This document shows positions 50,458-52,338 of a stretch of 52,338 bases of DNA, one piece after another; the first letter of the stretch is position 1, and each line of letters begins with the position of its first letter. The translations under genes and the position numbers were made by a program. This stretch comes from Tubiluchus corallicola (Eukaryota > Animalia > Priapulida), in contig JAQGDQ010002415.1 of NCBI GenBank assembly GCA_030141605.1, positions 6,581-58,918 of the forward strand, read 5' to 3'. A model generated the notes under the pieces. The model was given only the letters and a program-made list of their open reading frames with translations. It ran no database searches and was not told the origin of the DNA.

Positions 50458-52132
50458 ATGCATTTTACTACCATTAGAAACATTTATTTGTCACTCATTG
50501 TTGTTATTGTCATTATTTTATCTGTTTCCTGTATTAAAGACTACTTTGACTTGGATAAACCTGTAAAATTTAGCATTACGCCCTCAGTGCTTTTGCCCAT
50601 AACAAGGGACACTGTAAGCATTGAAGATTTAATAAAAATAAATGATGGCGAAATAGAAACTGATGAGTCAGGCAATTTAGTAGCCATATTCAAAGAAGAG
50701 AATGTTTTTTCTATTACAACAGAAGATCTAATTCCCGAATTCTCTGCTGAAAATATAGAAATACCTGCGGATAATAATATTTTTGCCCCTTACGACATAG
50801 TAATGATTATTCGTTTCCCAATAACATACACAGGGGATAAAACGGTGGATGAACTAAGCAAAATAGTTCTTAAAAAAGGAACTATTTCCGTAACAGGCTT
50901 TAGTGGTTGGATGCCTCCTGATTTAGTTTCTATTACATTAGATGCAGCAAAACCTCCTTATGATTTTACACCTCCTGGTCACTTTGAGGAGCCTCCCCCT
51001 CAAGATATAACGCCAGGAACAACTCTAATTCTAGAAAACAATCTAATAACAGTAACTGTAAGAATTATGTCAAATCAAGTGGGGGACGTTCTAGTAGATC
51101 CAATAACTTTCTCCTTAACTAATCTAGAATTTTCTTATCTAGAAGGAAAGTTCGGAGACTCCCCAATAGACATAAAAGAAGAAACGATAGAATTAGAAAT
51201 ATGATGACAATATATACATTGCCTCCCCTAAGATGGAAATAATCGTACGAAACTCTATAGGCATGCCCATAAAGATAAGTCTTGATATTGGAGGTCTTGA
51301 TGCTAACAATAATGCTATCAATACAGAGATAAAACATATAGACGCTCCTCATATTCTTTCATATCCTTTTGAGGTTAATGAAGGCGTAAAAACAACAACT
51401 ATCACTTATGAAAATGCTACAACTAACGGTGCTATGTCGGAATTCTTCAAAGAATCTCCCTCAAAAGCTGTATTTAAGGGAGTAGGTGAGCCTAATTATC
51501 CAGATGAATACCCTAACATTGCTCCTAACTTTTTGACTGATACAAGTGAAACAACAGGAGACCTAATTATAACACTCCCACTGCATATAGAGCTTGATTC
51601 TTTTCTCTTTTCAGATACTATAAACATGGGCGAAATTGATGATAAACATATAGATCTCGTAGTATCTGCACAACTGAATATAAGCACGGAAAATACACTT
51701 CCCATAGGAGGCACTATGAGCATTATAATGTTAGAAGAAGAGACAGAACAGCCAATAGACACTATTCAATCTAATGATAATATAATACATCCTGCAGCAA
51801 CAAACAGTGAAGGCTTTGTTACAGGGGCTTCTTTATCGTATCTCACATTTGTATTAGACAAAAAAAATATCAACAACTTAACGAAAACAAAAAAATTAGT
51901 CTTCCAAATGCTCCTTCAAACACCACCGGAGAAACCTGTACATATCAAAGACAACCAAAGAATGATATTAAAAATATCAAAACACAACCAAACCAAAAAC
52001 AAAAAAAAACAAAAACAAATGCTCCTTCAAACACCACCGGAGAAACCTGTACATATCAAAGACAACCAAAGAATGATATTAAAAATATCTATAAACACAA
52101 CTGCTTTTATTAACCAAAATAGCGATTTATAG
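50458..52132 (+). CDS. Hypothetical lipoprotein split by a frameshift near 51202, with a duplicated 3' segment
   Basis: Lipobox SVSC; after ..ELEI the alternative frame reads DDNIYIASPKMEIIVRNSIG, joining ORF 51233-52132; sits upstream of a DUF5723-like gene. Confidence 0.6.
51905..52089 (+). repeat. 74-bp exact direct repeat (51905-51978 and 52016-52089) with an A/C-only spacer
   Basis: QMLLQTPPEKPVHIKDNQRMILKIS encoded twice, offset 111 nt. Confidence 0.9.
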
Positions 52133-52138
52133 TCTTAG

Positions 52139-52338
52139 ATGAAGCATCATTATTTTAAATTTCTGACACTTATTACAACAGTTGTACTATCATTTTCTTG
52201 CACAATGTCCTTTAGTCAGCAAAATAATGCTATGTACTTTTTACACGAAATACCTCAGATAAATAAACTCAACCCTGCCTACCAAACCAGTTTTAAAACC
52301 TATGTAGGTATTCCTGGTTTATCCTCTACTGATATTGC
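52139..52338 (+). CDS. DUF5723-like outer membrane protein (5' part only)
   Basis: Translates MKHHYFKFLTLITTVVLSFSCTMSFSQQNNAMYFLHEIPQINKLNPAYQ..YVGIPGLSS and stays open to the window edge. Confidence 0.7.
   Translation, partial: MKHHYFKFLTLITTVVLSFSCTMSFSQQNNAMYFLHEIPQINKLNPAYQTSFKTYVGIPGLSSTDI

Overview
AT-rich Bacteroidota chromosomal window with three parts. (1) 1-9130, minus strand: a four-gene operon in which every product has a Sec-type signal peptide. It encodes a cohesin-like protein with a type IX secretion (T9SS) C-terminal domain split by a 1-nt frameshift, a ~1050-aa YD/Rhs shell protein with no toxin core, a phage/eCIS-like tail fibre, and a DUF6443-type Rhs toxin. The toxin is missing from the ORF track, runs off the window edge, and carries a dockerin-like double EF-hand module inserted inside its Rhs repeats. 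This is the best candidate for an undescribed system: a cohesin-dockerin-tethered, fibre-targeted, T9SS-associated Rhs toxin complex. (2) 9465-40016, plus strand: a ~30-kb LacI-controlled uronic-acid polysaccharide utilisation locus with two SusC/D pairs, two beta-helix paralogues, a clan GH-A hydrolase, an SGNH esterase, GH88, two PL38-like lyases, two GH2 and uxuB/uxuA. It shows a shared promoter/operator motif, a mosaic lyase duplication and a GH88 relic. (3) 40119-end: housekeeping genes (porZ, rdgB, gltD, gltB, a 3'-5' exonuclease, a frameshifted lipoprotein, a partial DUF5723-like gene). Several frameshifts, two of them in homopolymer runs, may be assembly errors. All family assignments come from motif recognition by eye, not from database searches.
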